A stretch of DNA of 64,000 bases from a virus: IMG/VR virus record IMGVR_UViG_3300021135_000003; one strand, written 5' to 3'. Made by a program: the position numbers and the translations under genes. Of the stretch, positions 37,910 to 47,319 are shown piece by piece (the first letter of the stretch is position 1; each line of letters starts with the position of its first letter). The notes beneath the pieces were generated by a model. That model did no database searches. It saw only the letters and a program-made list of their open reading frames with translations, and had not been told where the DNA came from.

Positions 37910-38605
37910 ATGTATCACCTAGAAAACGCCAATTATGACTTTATGGAATTACTGAATTTCTATTCAGTACCTTTCCGAGCGAAATTCATACCCTCAAAAA
38001 TATGGAAAGATTTAGATAACTACCGAAACGACTCAGTTGGACTAGGTAATTATGTTAAGAAGTGGCGCACTAAAATAGAATGGAGAAAAGAGCCATCTAA
38101 AGCCACAAGATTTAAAAGAGGGGTTAGTATTGCAGGCGAATACGATATCGAGAAACGCCAGTGCTGTCTTATAATCTATACAGATTATTTTAATACATTC
38201 CCCTTTACTGAAAATGGTTGGAGAAATTTTAAGTTCCGATTAATAACATGCCTTCAGCATGAGATTATCCACTACATGCAATATGATAGACGTGACGATC
38301 AATGGAGCCACTACGTAGTTCCATATAAAAAAGCCCATAACAAAAGAAAGAATGACGAGAGACAATATCTCTCTGAGTTCGATGAGATCCAAGCATATGC
38401 TCATTGTATATTAATGGATTTTAAATCTAGACGTCCAAATATGGATATTGAAACCCTCCTCAATAGATGTAAAACCCATCGTGATTCTAGAACTTTAACA
38501 TACTTCTTAAAGACATTTGATTATGATTTTAAGAATAACGCAGCAATACCTAAATTAATGCAGCAAATAGTTAAATGGGAACGTAAATATAATCGAATTA
38601 CTTAA
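37910..38605 (+). CDS. HExxH zincin-like protein
   Basis: QHEIIHYMQ…YL…DEIQAYA. Confidence 0.6.
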   Translation: MYHLENANYDFMELLNFYSVPFRAKFIPSKIWKDLDNYRNDSVGLGNYVKKWRTKIEWRKEPSKATRFKRGVSIAGEYDIEKRQCCLIIYTDYFNTFPFTENGWRNFKFRLITCLQHEIIHYMQYDRRDDQWSHYVVPYKKAHNKRKNDERQYLSEFDEIQAYAHCILMDFKSRRPNMDIETLLNRCKTHRDSRTLTYFLKTFDYDFKNNAAIPKLMQQIVKWERKYNRIT

Positions 38606-38616
38606 ATCCATCTCGT

Positions 38617-38624
38617 TATAAATA
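38617..38624 (+). promoter_or_regulatory. T4-type late promoter
   Basis: TATAAATA, 32 nt before the 38656 ATG. Confidence 0.75.
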
Positions 38625-38655
38625 AAGATATAACACTACTTAATTGATGGATTAA

Positions 38656-39999
38656 ATGAAAGATTATAGACAACTAATCAAAGAACTACCGAGTAAAACG
38701 ATAGTTCTAGCCTGTGGAAAGTTTAACCCTCCGACTATCGGACATGAACTTCTTATAAAGGCTGTCAAATCTCTAGCCGAGCAGAAGAATGCCAGCTACG
38801 CCATTTATGCGTCCGATCTAAGCGACGCTAAAAAGAATCCTCTAATAGTAGAAAAGAAAGTACAGTATTTAAATCTGTTATTTCCGAATACACATTTTTC
38901 TACATACTCAGATAATATTAATGAAACAGTTTCTAAACTAAAAGAAACTTATCGAAAAGTTATCGTTGTTACAAGCGCAGATAAAGTAGCATCACTAAAG
39001 AAATCTTTGAAAGAAGCTACAGTTATATCAGCAATGGATAAAGATCCAGACAGCGAAGATACTACTCGTACTTATGCAGTTAAAGGTTTATACGAAGAGT
39101 TTAAAAAGAATTTACCTTCAGCAATTCGTGAAATTGATTCTCGTAGATTAATGAATGATTTAAGAGTTGGTTCAGGATTAGAACCAATCAAAGAAGAAAT
39201 TAAATTAGTCAAAGATAATCTACGTGAACAATATTTCCGTGGTGAAATATTTAATGTTGGTGAACACGTTGAGTCAGATGGTCAAGAATATGAAATTATT
39301 AAACGTGGTTCTAATCATTTGTTGCTAAAAGAATCAACAGGTAAATTAGTAAGCAAATGGATTCAAAATGTTAAATTAATAGAAACCGATATGCAAAAGA
39401 AAAAATTAAAATCATTTAGAACTATCGCAGAAACTTACGACCATCACCACGAAGAAGCGATGCAGCATAAAGATAATGCAGAGAAATCTAAAACTGCTGG
39501 TAACATGGGTGGTTATCATGCACATATGGTTAATCATCACGACTCAATGGGTCGCTGGCATGAATCTAAAGGTAGACATTCTTCTGCTGAGCGTGAGTGG
39601 GAAAAAGCTGAACAACATCATAGCGAAGGATTAAAACATCCTTATGTTTCTGAAAGTGTTATTAAAGAAGAAACTAAAATTGAACACCATGCTGACCACA
39701 AGTTAATTGACCATGGTCATGCTGTTCAAATTAAAATTGGTAAAGAACACCACTCTAAGATTGGTAAACTACAACACGGGCAACGCCATTCTTTTAAAGA
39801 AAAAGATGGAGAGAATCACTGGGTTGCTGTAAAGCGTGGTGATCGTTTACATTTTTTACCTAATCATTTAGATACACAGACTATGTCTTCAATGTCTTGT
39901 CATATCGGTGCTGCTGACTGGAATGGTCCATCAGGTGCTGCTCCTCAAGATGGAAGACAACCATTTGATCCAATGAGTAGTTCGAATGCTGACGTTTAA
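38656..39999 (+). CDS. Cytidyltransferase-like (TxGH) domain protein with His-rich C-terminal extension; probable internal head protein
   Basis: GKFNPPTIGHE, KKNPL; REQYFRGEIF…RGSNHL domain; leader MKDYRQLIKE. Confidence 0.7.
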   Translation: MKDYRQLIKELPSKTIVLACGKFNPPTIGHELLIKAVKSLAEQKNASYAIYASDLSDAKKNPLIVEKKVQYLNLLFPNTHFSTYSDNINETVSKLKETYRKVIVVTSADKVASLKKSLKEATVISAMDKDPDSEDTTRTYAVKGLYEEFKKNLPSAIREIDSRRLMNDLRVGSGLEPIKEEIKLVKDNLREQYFRGEIFNVGEHVESDGQEYEIIKRGSNHLLLKESTGKLVSKWIQNVKLIETDMQKKKLKSFRTIAETYDHHHEEAMQHKDNAEKSKTAGNMGGYHAHMVNHHDSMGRWHESKGRHSSAEREWEKAEQHHSEGLKHPYVSESVIKEETKIEHHADHKLIDHGHAVQIKIGKEHHSKIGKLQHGQRHSFKEKDGENHWVAVKRGDRLHFLPNHLDTQTMSSMSCHIGAADWNGPSGAAPQDGRQPFDPMSSSNADV

Positions 40000-40378
40000 A
40001 GACTATGTTTCTGATAGAGAAGCAATTGATGAGGCAACAACTTCATCAAGAATGCATGCTAAGTTTAGATTAAGAACTAGCAAAACTAAACGTAAACAAA
40101 GAAGTAAAATAGCAACACATACTGTTGCTAATGGTAAGAAAGCTGAAAGCAGAGCCAGAAGAATGGCTATTAGAATGATGAAGAAAAGAATGTTGCGTGG
40201 TAGAAAGTTACGTAATCTAGCACCAGATGAAAAAGCAAGTATTGAAAAGCGTATGAAAACAAAAATGGCGCAGATTAAACAAATGACTTCAGGTCTAGTT
40301 GCGACAGTTAGAAGAATTGAAAAATCAAGATTAACCCATGGGGAAGTTTCTCGTGGAAAAACTAGAAGAGTATTTTAA
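39986..40378 (+). CDS. Highly basic protein, probable internal head/DNA-binding protein
   Basis: MLTFKDYV…IDE leader; very Arg/Lys-rich. Confidence 0.6.
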   Translation: MLTFKDYVSDREAIDEATTSSRMHAKFRLRTSKTKRKQRSKIATHTVANGKKAESRARRMAIRMMKKRMLRGRKLRNLAPDEKASIEKRMKTKMAQIKQMTSGLVATVRRIEKSRLTHGEVSRGKTRRVF

Positions 40379-40825
40379 ATGGATGAATTAAAAACCGCAA
40401 TTAAAGTATTGTTGGCAAATGCTACTGTCATGTATTATAAAACACACCAATTCCATTGGAACGTAGAAGGTATTTTATTTACACAATATCATGCATTCTT
40501 TGAAGAAGTTTACGTTGATGTATATAATTCTATTGATCCTACTGCAGAACTGCTACGTAAGATTGATGACTATGCGCCAGTAAGTATTGATGAGTTATAC
40601 AAATATAAAACAATCGAAGAAGAATCAACTAGATTAATACTTCTTTCTGATATTTTGCAAAAGTTAATCGAAGCAAATCAAGAAGTGATTAACAGCCTAA
40701 ATAAAGTGTTCGAACTAGCAAATGCAAATAAACAACAAGGTATTTGTAATTTTATTGCTGACCGAATCGATACACATCAGAAACATGGATGGTGGTTAAA
40801 AACATCCGCAAAGAAAATAGGTTAA
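40379..40825 (+). CDS. dps: Dps/ferritin-like DNA-protection protein
   Basis: H.FHWNVEG..F…H.FFEE.Y…D..AE..R; H.K..W.L. Confidence 0.92.
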   Translation: MDELKTAIKVLLANATVMYYKTHQFHWNVEGILFTQYHAFFEEVYVDVYNSIDPTAELLRKIDDYAPVSIDELYKYKTIEEESTRLILLSDILQKLIEANQEVINSLNKVFELANANKQQGICNFIADRIDTHQKHGWWLKTSAKKIG

Positions 40826-40826
40826 T

Positions 40827-42020
40827 ATGAAATCATTCCAAACATATTTAAAAGAAGAAGCCGAAGGTGCTAAGTTAAAGCACATTACGCATCCTGAAGA
40901 TCGTCCATTAATGCATGGTCACGAAGGATTTGAACATGCTCATGGTGCTTTAATGCACGCACATGAACATATGAAAGCTGGTAAGAACAATAGTAACCTT
41001 ACCACTAAGTATGATGGTTCTCCTGCTGTAGTTTTCGGCACTCATCCTAAGAATGGTAAATTCTTTGTTGCTTCTAAATCAGCATTTAATAAAGAACCAA
41101 AGATTAATCATACTGATGCTGACATTGACAAGAATCATGGCCACGCTCCAGGTCTTGCCACTAAATTAAAAGCTGCGTTACATCACCTACCTAAAGTTAC
41201 ACCAAAAGGTAAAGTATATCAGGGTGATATTATGCACTCTGAGGGTGATGTTAAACACGATAAAAAATCTGGTAAAGCATCCTTTACTCCTAACACTATT
41301 ACCTACACTGCGCATGGTGAAGAAGCCAAGAAAGCTACAAAAGCAAAAGTAGGTGTTGCTGTTCATACTCAATATCATGGTAAAGATATTCAATCATTAT
41401 CTGCTCATCATGAAGTTAATCATCACGAATTTGGTCAGCATCCTGATGTTCACCACCATGATGCCAGCTATGATACTAGCACAGCAAATCATTCTAAACA
41501 AAATCAAGATGAGTTTCATAAACATATGGCAGCTGCCAAAGCAGTTCATGACACTCATGGCGACAAAATGTATAATGCTATTCACCCAGCGCATAGTGGT
41601 GAACATGGTCATCTAGCAACATACATTAACTCAACTGTTAGAAATAACACTACTCCAAACGTAAAAGATTTTAAATCTCATCTTGAAGCCCACCATGCTA
41701 AGCAAGTTGCTGGTGTTAAGACAGAAAAAGCCCAAGAACAAAAACGTGCAAAAGGTAAAGAAGAAATTGCCCACGTTGAGAAAAACAAAGGGCATTATGA
41801 GAATACATTAACTGCTCATAATCATTTGGCAGCAGCAAAGAATACATTAGTTAAATCTTTAGAAAGTGGTCATAGTAATTATGAACACCACATCGAAGGT
41901 AAAGAATCCAAACCAGAAGGTTTTGTTATTAATCATGAACACAATGGTAAAACAGAACCATCTAAACTTGTGAATCGTGCTGAGTTCGCAAGATCAAATC
42001 TTTTAAAGGTGCGTAAATGA
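40827..42020 (+). CDS. His-rich DUF6267-like protein with ligase/nucleotidyltransferase motifs; probable internal head protein
   Basis: MKSFQTYLKE leader; TKYDGSP, FFVASKS, YQGDIM, PEGFVI, KLVNR. Confidence 0.7.
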   Translation: MKSFQTYLKEEAEGAKLKHITHPEDRPLMHGHEGFEHAHGALMHAHEHMKAGKNNSNLTTKYDGSPAVVFGTHPKNGKFFVASKSAFNKEPKINHTDADIDKNHGHAPGLATKLKAALHHLPKVTPKGKVYQGDIMHSEGDVKHDKKSGKASFTPNTITYTAHGEEAKKATKAKVGVAVHTQYHGKDIQSLSAHHEVNHHEFGQHPDVHHHDASYDTSTANHSKQNQDEFHKHMAAAKAVHDTHGDKMYNAIHPAHSGEHGHLATYINSTVRNNTTPNVKDFKSHLEAHHAKQVAGVKTEKAQEQKRAKGKEEIAHVEKNKGHYENTLTAHNHLAAAKNTLVKSLESGHSNYEHHIEGKESKPEGFVINHEHNGKTEPSKLVNRAEFARSNLLKVRK

Positions 42021-43087
42021 AATCATTTAAATCATTCTTAAACGAAGAAATTTATTTCGAAGATAATCTAACAGAAGCTGCTGACGATGCTTCTAAAGAA
42101 GGTGGCGTTTCCAATAATACTAAAGGTGTTCTTCATGAACTTTTAGTTGGCAAACATTTAAACAATGGTCAGCATATGTCTAAACATGAAAATGCTGAAG
42201 GTGAAACACCACAACAAGCGCATGATCGTTTAAAGAAACAGATTCATCCTAATGATTATAAACGTATTGAAGCAAATGCCAAAAGCGCAGCTGCAGATAT
42301 TCATAAGAACATCCAAGCAACTCATCCAGGTCATGTAATTCATGGAGTTCATTGGACTTCAAAACCTGGAGATACAGAAAAAGTAACTGGTGTTAAAGCA
42401 ACTCAGAAACAAGACTCTTCAGATATCTATATTTCTACTCACCACCCTAAGAAACCTAAAGATGAAACCCATCATGGTTATAGTTTAAAGGTTAGTGATA
42501 AATCTAGTAAGAATGTTCCATCATCAAGTCTTGGTATGAAATCAAGTGGTGAAAAGGCGCAATCGCTTTATAAAGAACACCAAAAGAAAATTAAAACGAT
42601 GCATCCTGAGTTAGAAGGTAAGAACGAAGAAGCACGTAAAGAATGGGCACAAAAGAACCCAGAGAAACACAATCAAGTTAAAGCTGAAAATAAAAAACTA
42701 TTGGCCAATGTTGCGCATCACCATGCTGCTGAATTACAACATCATTTAGATTCTGGTAATCATGAACACGTAGTTAATCATATCCGTGATGTTCTTGCAG
42801 CTAAAAGTACTCCAGCTGCAGAAGCTGGTAAAGCAAACTTCTCTAAACATACTACATACCAAACTGCAAAGGGTGTTCAACATCATACAGCAAACCCAGC
42901 TCAAGATTATGAACATATTCTAAAAGATCATAAGAATATTAAAGTAAAAGCAAGTGGTGGCTCTGTTCATTTTAGTCACACTGATCCAAAAACTGGTAAA
43001 GAAACAAAGTTTGCTTCTCAAGCGCATAAGTTTGATTCACAAAGCGATCCATTATCAACAATTAAAAGCGCAGGTAAAGCTGTATGA
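42017..43087 (+). CDS. His-rich probable internal head protein, possible PD-(D/E)xK-like nuclease fold
   Basis: MKSFKSFLNE leader; LHELL…SDIYI…GYSLK. Confidence 0.55.
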   Translation: MKSFKSFLNEEIYFEDNLTEAADDASKEGGVSNNTKGVLHELLVGKHLNNGQHMSKHENAEGETPQQAHDRLKKQIHPNDYKRIEANAKSAAADIHKNIQATHPGHVIHGVHWTSKPGDTEKVTGVKATQKQDSSDIYISTHHPKKPKDETHHGYSLKVSDKSSKNVPSSSLGMKSSGEKAQSLYKEHQKKIKTMHPELEGKNEEARKEWAQKNPEKHNQVKAENKKLLANVAHHHAAELQHHLDSGNHEHVVNHIRDVLAAKSTPAAEAGKANFSKHTTYQTAKGVQHHTANPAQDYEHILKDHKNIKVKASGGSVHFSHTDPKTGKETKFASQAHKFDSQSDPLSTIKSAGKAV

Positions 43088-43503
43088 TTTCCTTTAAAGA
43101 ATACTTAGAAGAAGCCAAGCGTGGATTGTGGGATAACATCCATGCTAAACAAGAAAGAATTAAGAATGGTTCTGGTGAACATATGCGCAAACCAGGAAGC
43201 AAAGGTGCTCCAACTGATGCAGCATTAAAAGCGTCTCAAACAAATGAAGCAGCAGTTGACGCAAAAGGATATAAGTCATCTACTGGTGGGCTAACACAAA
43301 AAGGTCGTGATCACTATAATGCACAAGGTGGTCATTTAAAGGCTCCAGTTACTACACCACCTTCAAAGTTAAAGGCTGGTAGTAAAGCTGCCAATCGTAG
43401 AAAATCTTTTTGTGCACGTATGAGTGGCGTTGATGGTCCAATGAAGAAACCTAATGGTGAACCAACTCGTAAAGCACTAGCATTAAGAAAATGGAATTGT
43501 TAA
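43084..43503 (+). CDS. Basic probable internal head protein (DUF6321-like C-terminus)
   Basis: MISFKEYLEE leader; GLWDNIHAK; GGL..KGR…RRKSFCARM.G…ALRKWNC. Confidence 0.65.
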   Translation: MISFKEYLEEAKRGLWDNIHAKQERIKNGSGEHMRKPGSKGAPTDAALKASQTNEAAVDAKGYKSSTGGLTQKGRDHYNAQGGHLKAPVTTPPSKLKAGSKAANRRKSFCARMSGVDGPMKKPNGEPTRKALALRKWNC

Positions 43504-43504
43504 A

Positions 43505-46375
43505 ATGATTACCTATAACGAATTAAAAGAAAAATGTACTTGCTGGACAGGTTACAAACGTAAACCTGGAACTGCACCATGCGCTGAAGGAAGCTGTGTG
43601 AAAGAAGAACTAGAAAAACACCACGCATTAGCGTTTGGTCGTATGAACCCAATTACTTCTGGCCATGAGGCAGTAGTTAATAAACTTCATTCAGTTGCCA
43701 AAGAACATAATGCTACTCATAGTCTTGTAGTTTCTCATAGCCAAGATTCTAAGAAGAATCCTTTATCTGCTGAACAAAAAGTTAATCACGCTAAACACGC
43801 ATTCCCTGGAACAAATGTAACTGCTGCTAGTAAAGAAGCACCTACAATCCTCCACCATGCTGCAGCTGCTCATGCTGCTGGCGCAACTCACTTACATGTA
43901 GTTGCTGGTTCTGATCGCCATGAAGAGATGCATAATCTTCTTCATAAATATAATGGTCAGAATGCTGCTCATGGCAATTATAATTTTAAAAAGATAACAG
44001 TACATTCTTCTGGTGAACGTGATCCAGATGCAGAAGGAACTACTGGTATCTCTGCAAGTAAAATGCGTGAACATGCTGCTTCTGGAAACAAAAAAGCATT
44101 CCACGCTGGAGCACCATCAAAAATGAAACCAGAACACAAGGACGCCATGTATAACGATGTGCGTAAAGGTATGAACTTAAAAGAAGAAACTATGGATCAA
44201 CAAGACGATCACGCTAAACAACTAAAGCGTTTTAAAGACCAAATGACCAAAGGTAATGGTCCAAAAATAGATCCTGAACTTGCTTTAGATAAAAAAGAAA
44301 AAGCAGCTATGGGTGTTAAAGAACATCTAGATGCTAACGCTGGCGCAGGTGCTTGGATTAATGATTTTATTTCTTCAACTAATCCACGTTTTAATAATAA
44401 GTCTAAATCAGAACGTCGCAAAATGGCTATTGGTGCTTACATGGCTGCCAAAGCAAAAGGTATGAAAGAAGAATTTGAAATTGAAGAAGGATATGATAAA
44501 ACTTCTGCAATGCATAAAGCTGCTAAACAAGCTGCTCAAGGTTTTGATGGTAAAGCAATCTACCATCCAAATGGTCACGCAGAAGTAAGAATGCGCGCAA
44601 TGGTTCATGGTCATAGTACTGTTAATCCGCATGGAACAGTTTTAATGTCTGGTGAGGAAAAAGCCAAACGTGCTGCTAAAGAACATGGTGGCAAAGCTGA
44701 AGGTAGTATAGTTCATTTTAAAGAAGGTACTCTTCAAGGTAACGTAGCTGGTGGTGATGCAATGAACACAACTACTTCTGCTCCATCAGATAATAAAATG
44801 CCAGCAGGTAGTGTTAAGAAAGTTAAAGGATTCAAATTTTTTAATGGCACAAATGAACCAAATACTCAAATGGCAGTTAAAGAAGAAACTCTAGATGAAC
44901 GTAATAAAGCCAATGCTCTTATGCGTAAAACTATGGACGCTTCTCGTGGTGCTCGTTACAAATTAAACAATCCAGTTCCTGCTGCTGAACCAGAACATAA
45001 AACTGCCCAAGCGCATAATAAAGCAATTGGTCGTGCGCTACGTAATGAAGGTACCATAGAAACTTCAACTGGAAGAGTTCATAAAAAAGATGAATGGGAA
45101 GGATATCCTTCTACATTTAAAGATAAAGACGATAACAAGTTACTAAAAGGTAATGAACGTAGTCGAATGAATAAAGCAATCCCTCCAAACGATAAGTTAA
45201 AGGAAGCTGCTACTGGTAATCCAGGAAATGGTTACCATGGTGCTGTTCAAAGTCCAGATGAGAAATATGAAGCAACACATAAACATGTTAAGAACTTAAC
45301 TGACGCTGATGATAAGACAGTTAAACATTATCTAGATTCTGCTCATGGTCGCCATTTGGCTGGTCGTGAAGAAGATCATGAGTATATTAAAAAGGACTTT
45401 AAGAAATTTAAAAAGTATTATCGTCCAGAAATGCATGAGTCAACTGAGATGGCTAGATTAGATCTTCAAACTATTATTAACAATGTTAATAGAGTTAAAC
45501 CAATGGTTGATAAAGAAACTGATCTACCAGATTGGATTGAATCTAAGATTACTATGGCTGCAGATTATATCAAGTGCGTAAGCGATTATATCGAAGCAGC
45601 AGAACAAATCGGAACTGGATTAGAAGAAGAAACTGCTCCAGTTGGTAAAGTTCAAAAAATTGATAAAAAAACCGCAGTAATAAAATTACATCCTAATGGT
45701 GCAGCTTCTGACACCGATGAGGGTTGGGCTAAACCAAAAATTAAAGAGGGAACTATGAAATCATATAAAGATTTTTTACAAGGATTAGATGAGGCTTCTA
45801 AAAAGAAACCAGCATGGCTTCTTGATGCTGAATTAAATGCAGAGAAGAAAGAAGGCAAACTTAAAGAAGCAAAAGAAGGCAGTGCTGAAGATAAAAAAGA
45901 AGATAAAGCTGGTATGAAGCGTACTGGGATGACTGCCAAAGAATGGGAAAAGTCTGCTGAAGATAAAAAAGAAGATATGCAGGAAGCTAATTGGATCAAG
46001 GGTGCTATTAAACATCCAGGCGCAATGACTGCTGCTGCAAAACGTGCTGGCGAAACTAACGCTGAGTACGAACAGCAACATAAACACGATTCTGGTAAAG
46101 CAGGTCGTCGTGCTCGTCTAGCATTAACTTTAAAGAAAATGCATGAAGAACAGATTAATGAATATGAAGCAGATAAGAATGGTGTTTATCGTCATACTAA
46201 GAAAGCCACTTACGGAACATCTTATGTTGATCCAGAAGGTGCTGACGAAACTGCTGCTGATCTAAAGAAAAAAGAAAAGAAAACAGCTGGACGTAAAGCA
46301 GGTTCAGGTGCTGGTGTATACAAGCCACGTGCAACAATGTCCAAGTTAAAACAACTTGGCGCAACTTATAAATAA
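43505..46375 (+). CDS. Large mosaic protein: TxGH nucleotidyltransferase domain followed by many short modules separated by hydrophobic-x-E motifs
   Basis: FGRMNPITSGHE, SQDSKKNPL, VAGSDR, GERDPDAEG..GISASKMR; internal MKSYKDFL. Confidence 0.7.
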   Translation: MITYNELKEKCTCWTGYKRKPGTAPCAEGSCVKEELEKHHALAFGRMNPITSGHEAVVNKLHSVAKEHNATHSLVVSHSQDSKKNPLSAEQKVNHAKHAFPGTNVTAASKEAPTILHHAAAAHAAGATHLHVVAGSDRHEEMHNLLHKYNGQNAAHGNYNFKKITVHSSGERDPDAEGTTGISASKMREHAASGNKKAFHAGAPSKMKPEHKDAMYNDVRKGMNLKEETMDQQDDHAKQLKRFKDQMTKGNGPKIDPELALDKKEKAAMGVKEHLDANAGAGAWINDFISSTNPRFNNKSKSERRKMAIGAYMAAKAKGMKEEFEIEEGYDKTSAMHKAAKQAAQGFDGKAIYHPNGHAEVRMRAMVHGHSTVNPHGTVLMSGEEKAKRAAKEHGGKAEGSIVHFKEGTLQGNVAGGDAMNTTTSAPSDNKMPAGSVKKVKGFKFFNGTNEPNTQMAVKEETLDERNKANALMRKTMDASRGARYKLNNPVPAAEPEHKTAQAHNKAIGRALRNEGTIETSTGRVHKKDEWEGYPSTFKDKDDNKLLKGNERSRMNKAIPPNDKLKEAATGNPGNGYHGAVQSPDEKYEATHKHVKNLTDADDKTVKHYLDSAHGRHLAGREEDHEYIKKDFKKFKKYYRPEMHESTEMARLDLQTIINNVNRVKPMVDKETDLPDWIESKITMAADYIKCVSDYIEAAEQIGTGLEEETAPVGKVQKIDKKTAVIKLHPNGAASDTDEGWAKPKIKEGTMKSYKDFLQGLDEASKKKPAWLLDAELNAEKKEGKLKEAKEGSAEDKKEDKAGMKRTGMTAKEWEKSAEDKKEDMQEANWIKGAIKHPGAMTAAAKRAGETNAEYEQQHKHDSGKAGRRARLALTLKKMHEEQINEYEADKNGVYRHTKKATYGTSYVDPEGADETAADLKKKEKKTAGRKAGSGAGVYKPRATMSKLKQLGATYK
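46367..46374 (+). promoter_or_regulatory. T4-type late promoter
   Basis: TATAAATA before the 46405 gene (AAGGAG SD). Confidence 0.75.
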
Positions 46376-46404
46376 CTTAAAGTCCAAATTCAAGGAGAAT
46401 AAAA

Positions 46405-47319
46405 ATGGCACTATGGGGAAATCAAGACACATTAGCGTCTTCACCAAAAAATATCGCTAGAAAGGCAATTTTTGATGCCACTAGCACTAGCATTGTAAAT
46501 ACAACTAATAAAACAATCAGCTTAGTTAATTCTACTACTAACTTTACTAATGGTGATGCCGTTCTGTATTCTGTTAATGGTGGAACAGCATGTACTGGTC
46601 TAACAGATGCAACTGTTTATTATGTTCGTCGCGTAGATTCTTTCAACGTAGCGTTATATGATACTCTTGCTCATGCTGTTGCTGGCGGTGCAACTGGTTT
46701 GGTTAATATTAGTGCAGTTGGTACTGGTACTACTCATTCTTTACAGCGTTATGCTAACACTGCAAATACTAATTCTGGTAGTGGTAAAGCAGGTAATAAC
46801 ACTTCAGTATTCTTAGTTACTAAAGAAGAAGCCCAAACACCAGAAAATAGAGCAAAAGGAATTAAAGGTCCAGGCTGGTATAATTATCTAACTTATACTG
46901 CTGCTGACAGTTCAGTTCGCAATAAAGTAGAAAAACTTATTGCTTTTGAATCTGAAGTAACTGAAACATCTTCAAACTACGTAACTACTAATGATCCATT
47001 AGTTTCTGGTTTAATTACTATCGGTACACAACCTTCTAGCGTTGCTGGTGCTTCTACACCATACACTGGTACATTCGCAGTTGCTGCGACTATTACTGGT
47101 AACGGAACTATTGGTTACCAATGGCAAGTTTCTACAGATGGCGGAACTACTTACACTAACGTAACTAACGCTGGCGTATATAGTGGCGCAACAACTAATA
47201 CTCTAACATTGACTGCTGCTGCTAAAGCAACATACAATAACTACAAGTATCGTGCTGTTCTAAGTGCTACTGACTACACAACTCAGACTTCTGCTGCTGC
47301 AACTCTAGTTTACGCTTAA
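46405..47319 (+). CDS. Virion structural/decoration protein with C-terminal Ig-like domain
   Basis: MALWG start, G.K.PGW..Y..Y motif; Thr/Ala/Gly-rich; YQWQVSTDGG..Y…LT…YR Ig pattern; late promoter. Confidence 0.7.
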   Translation: MALWGNQDTLASSPKNIARKAIFDATSTSIVNTTNKTISLVNSTTNFTNGDAVLYSVNGGTACTGLTDATVYYVRRVDSFNVALYDTLAHAVAGGATGLVNISAVGTGTTHSLQRYANTANTNSGSGKAGNNTSVFLVTKEEAQTPENRAKGIKGPGWYNYLTYTAADSSVRNKVEKLIAFESEVTETSSNYVTTNDPLVSGLITIGTQPSSVAGASTPYTGTFAVAATITGNGTIGYQWQVSTDGGTTYTNVTNAGVYSGATTNTLTLTAAAKATYNNYKYRAVLSATDYTTQTSAAATLVYA

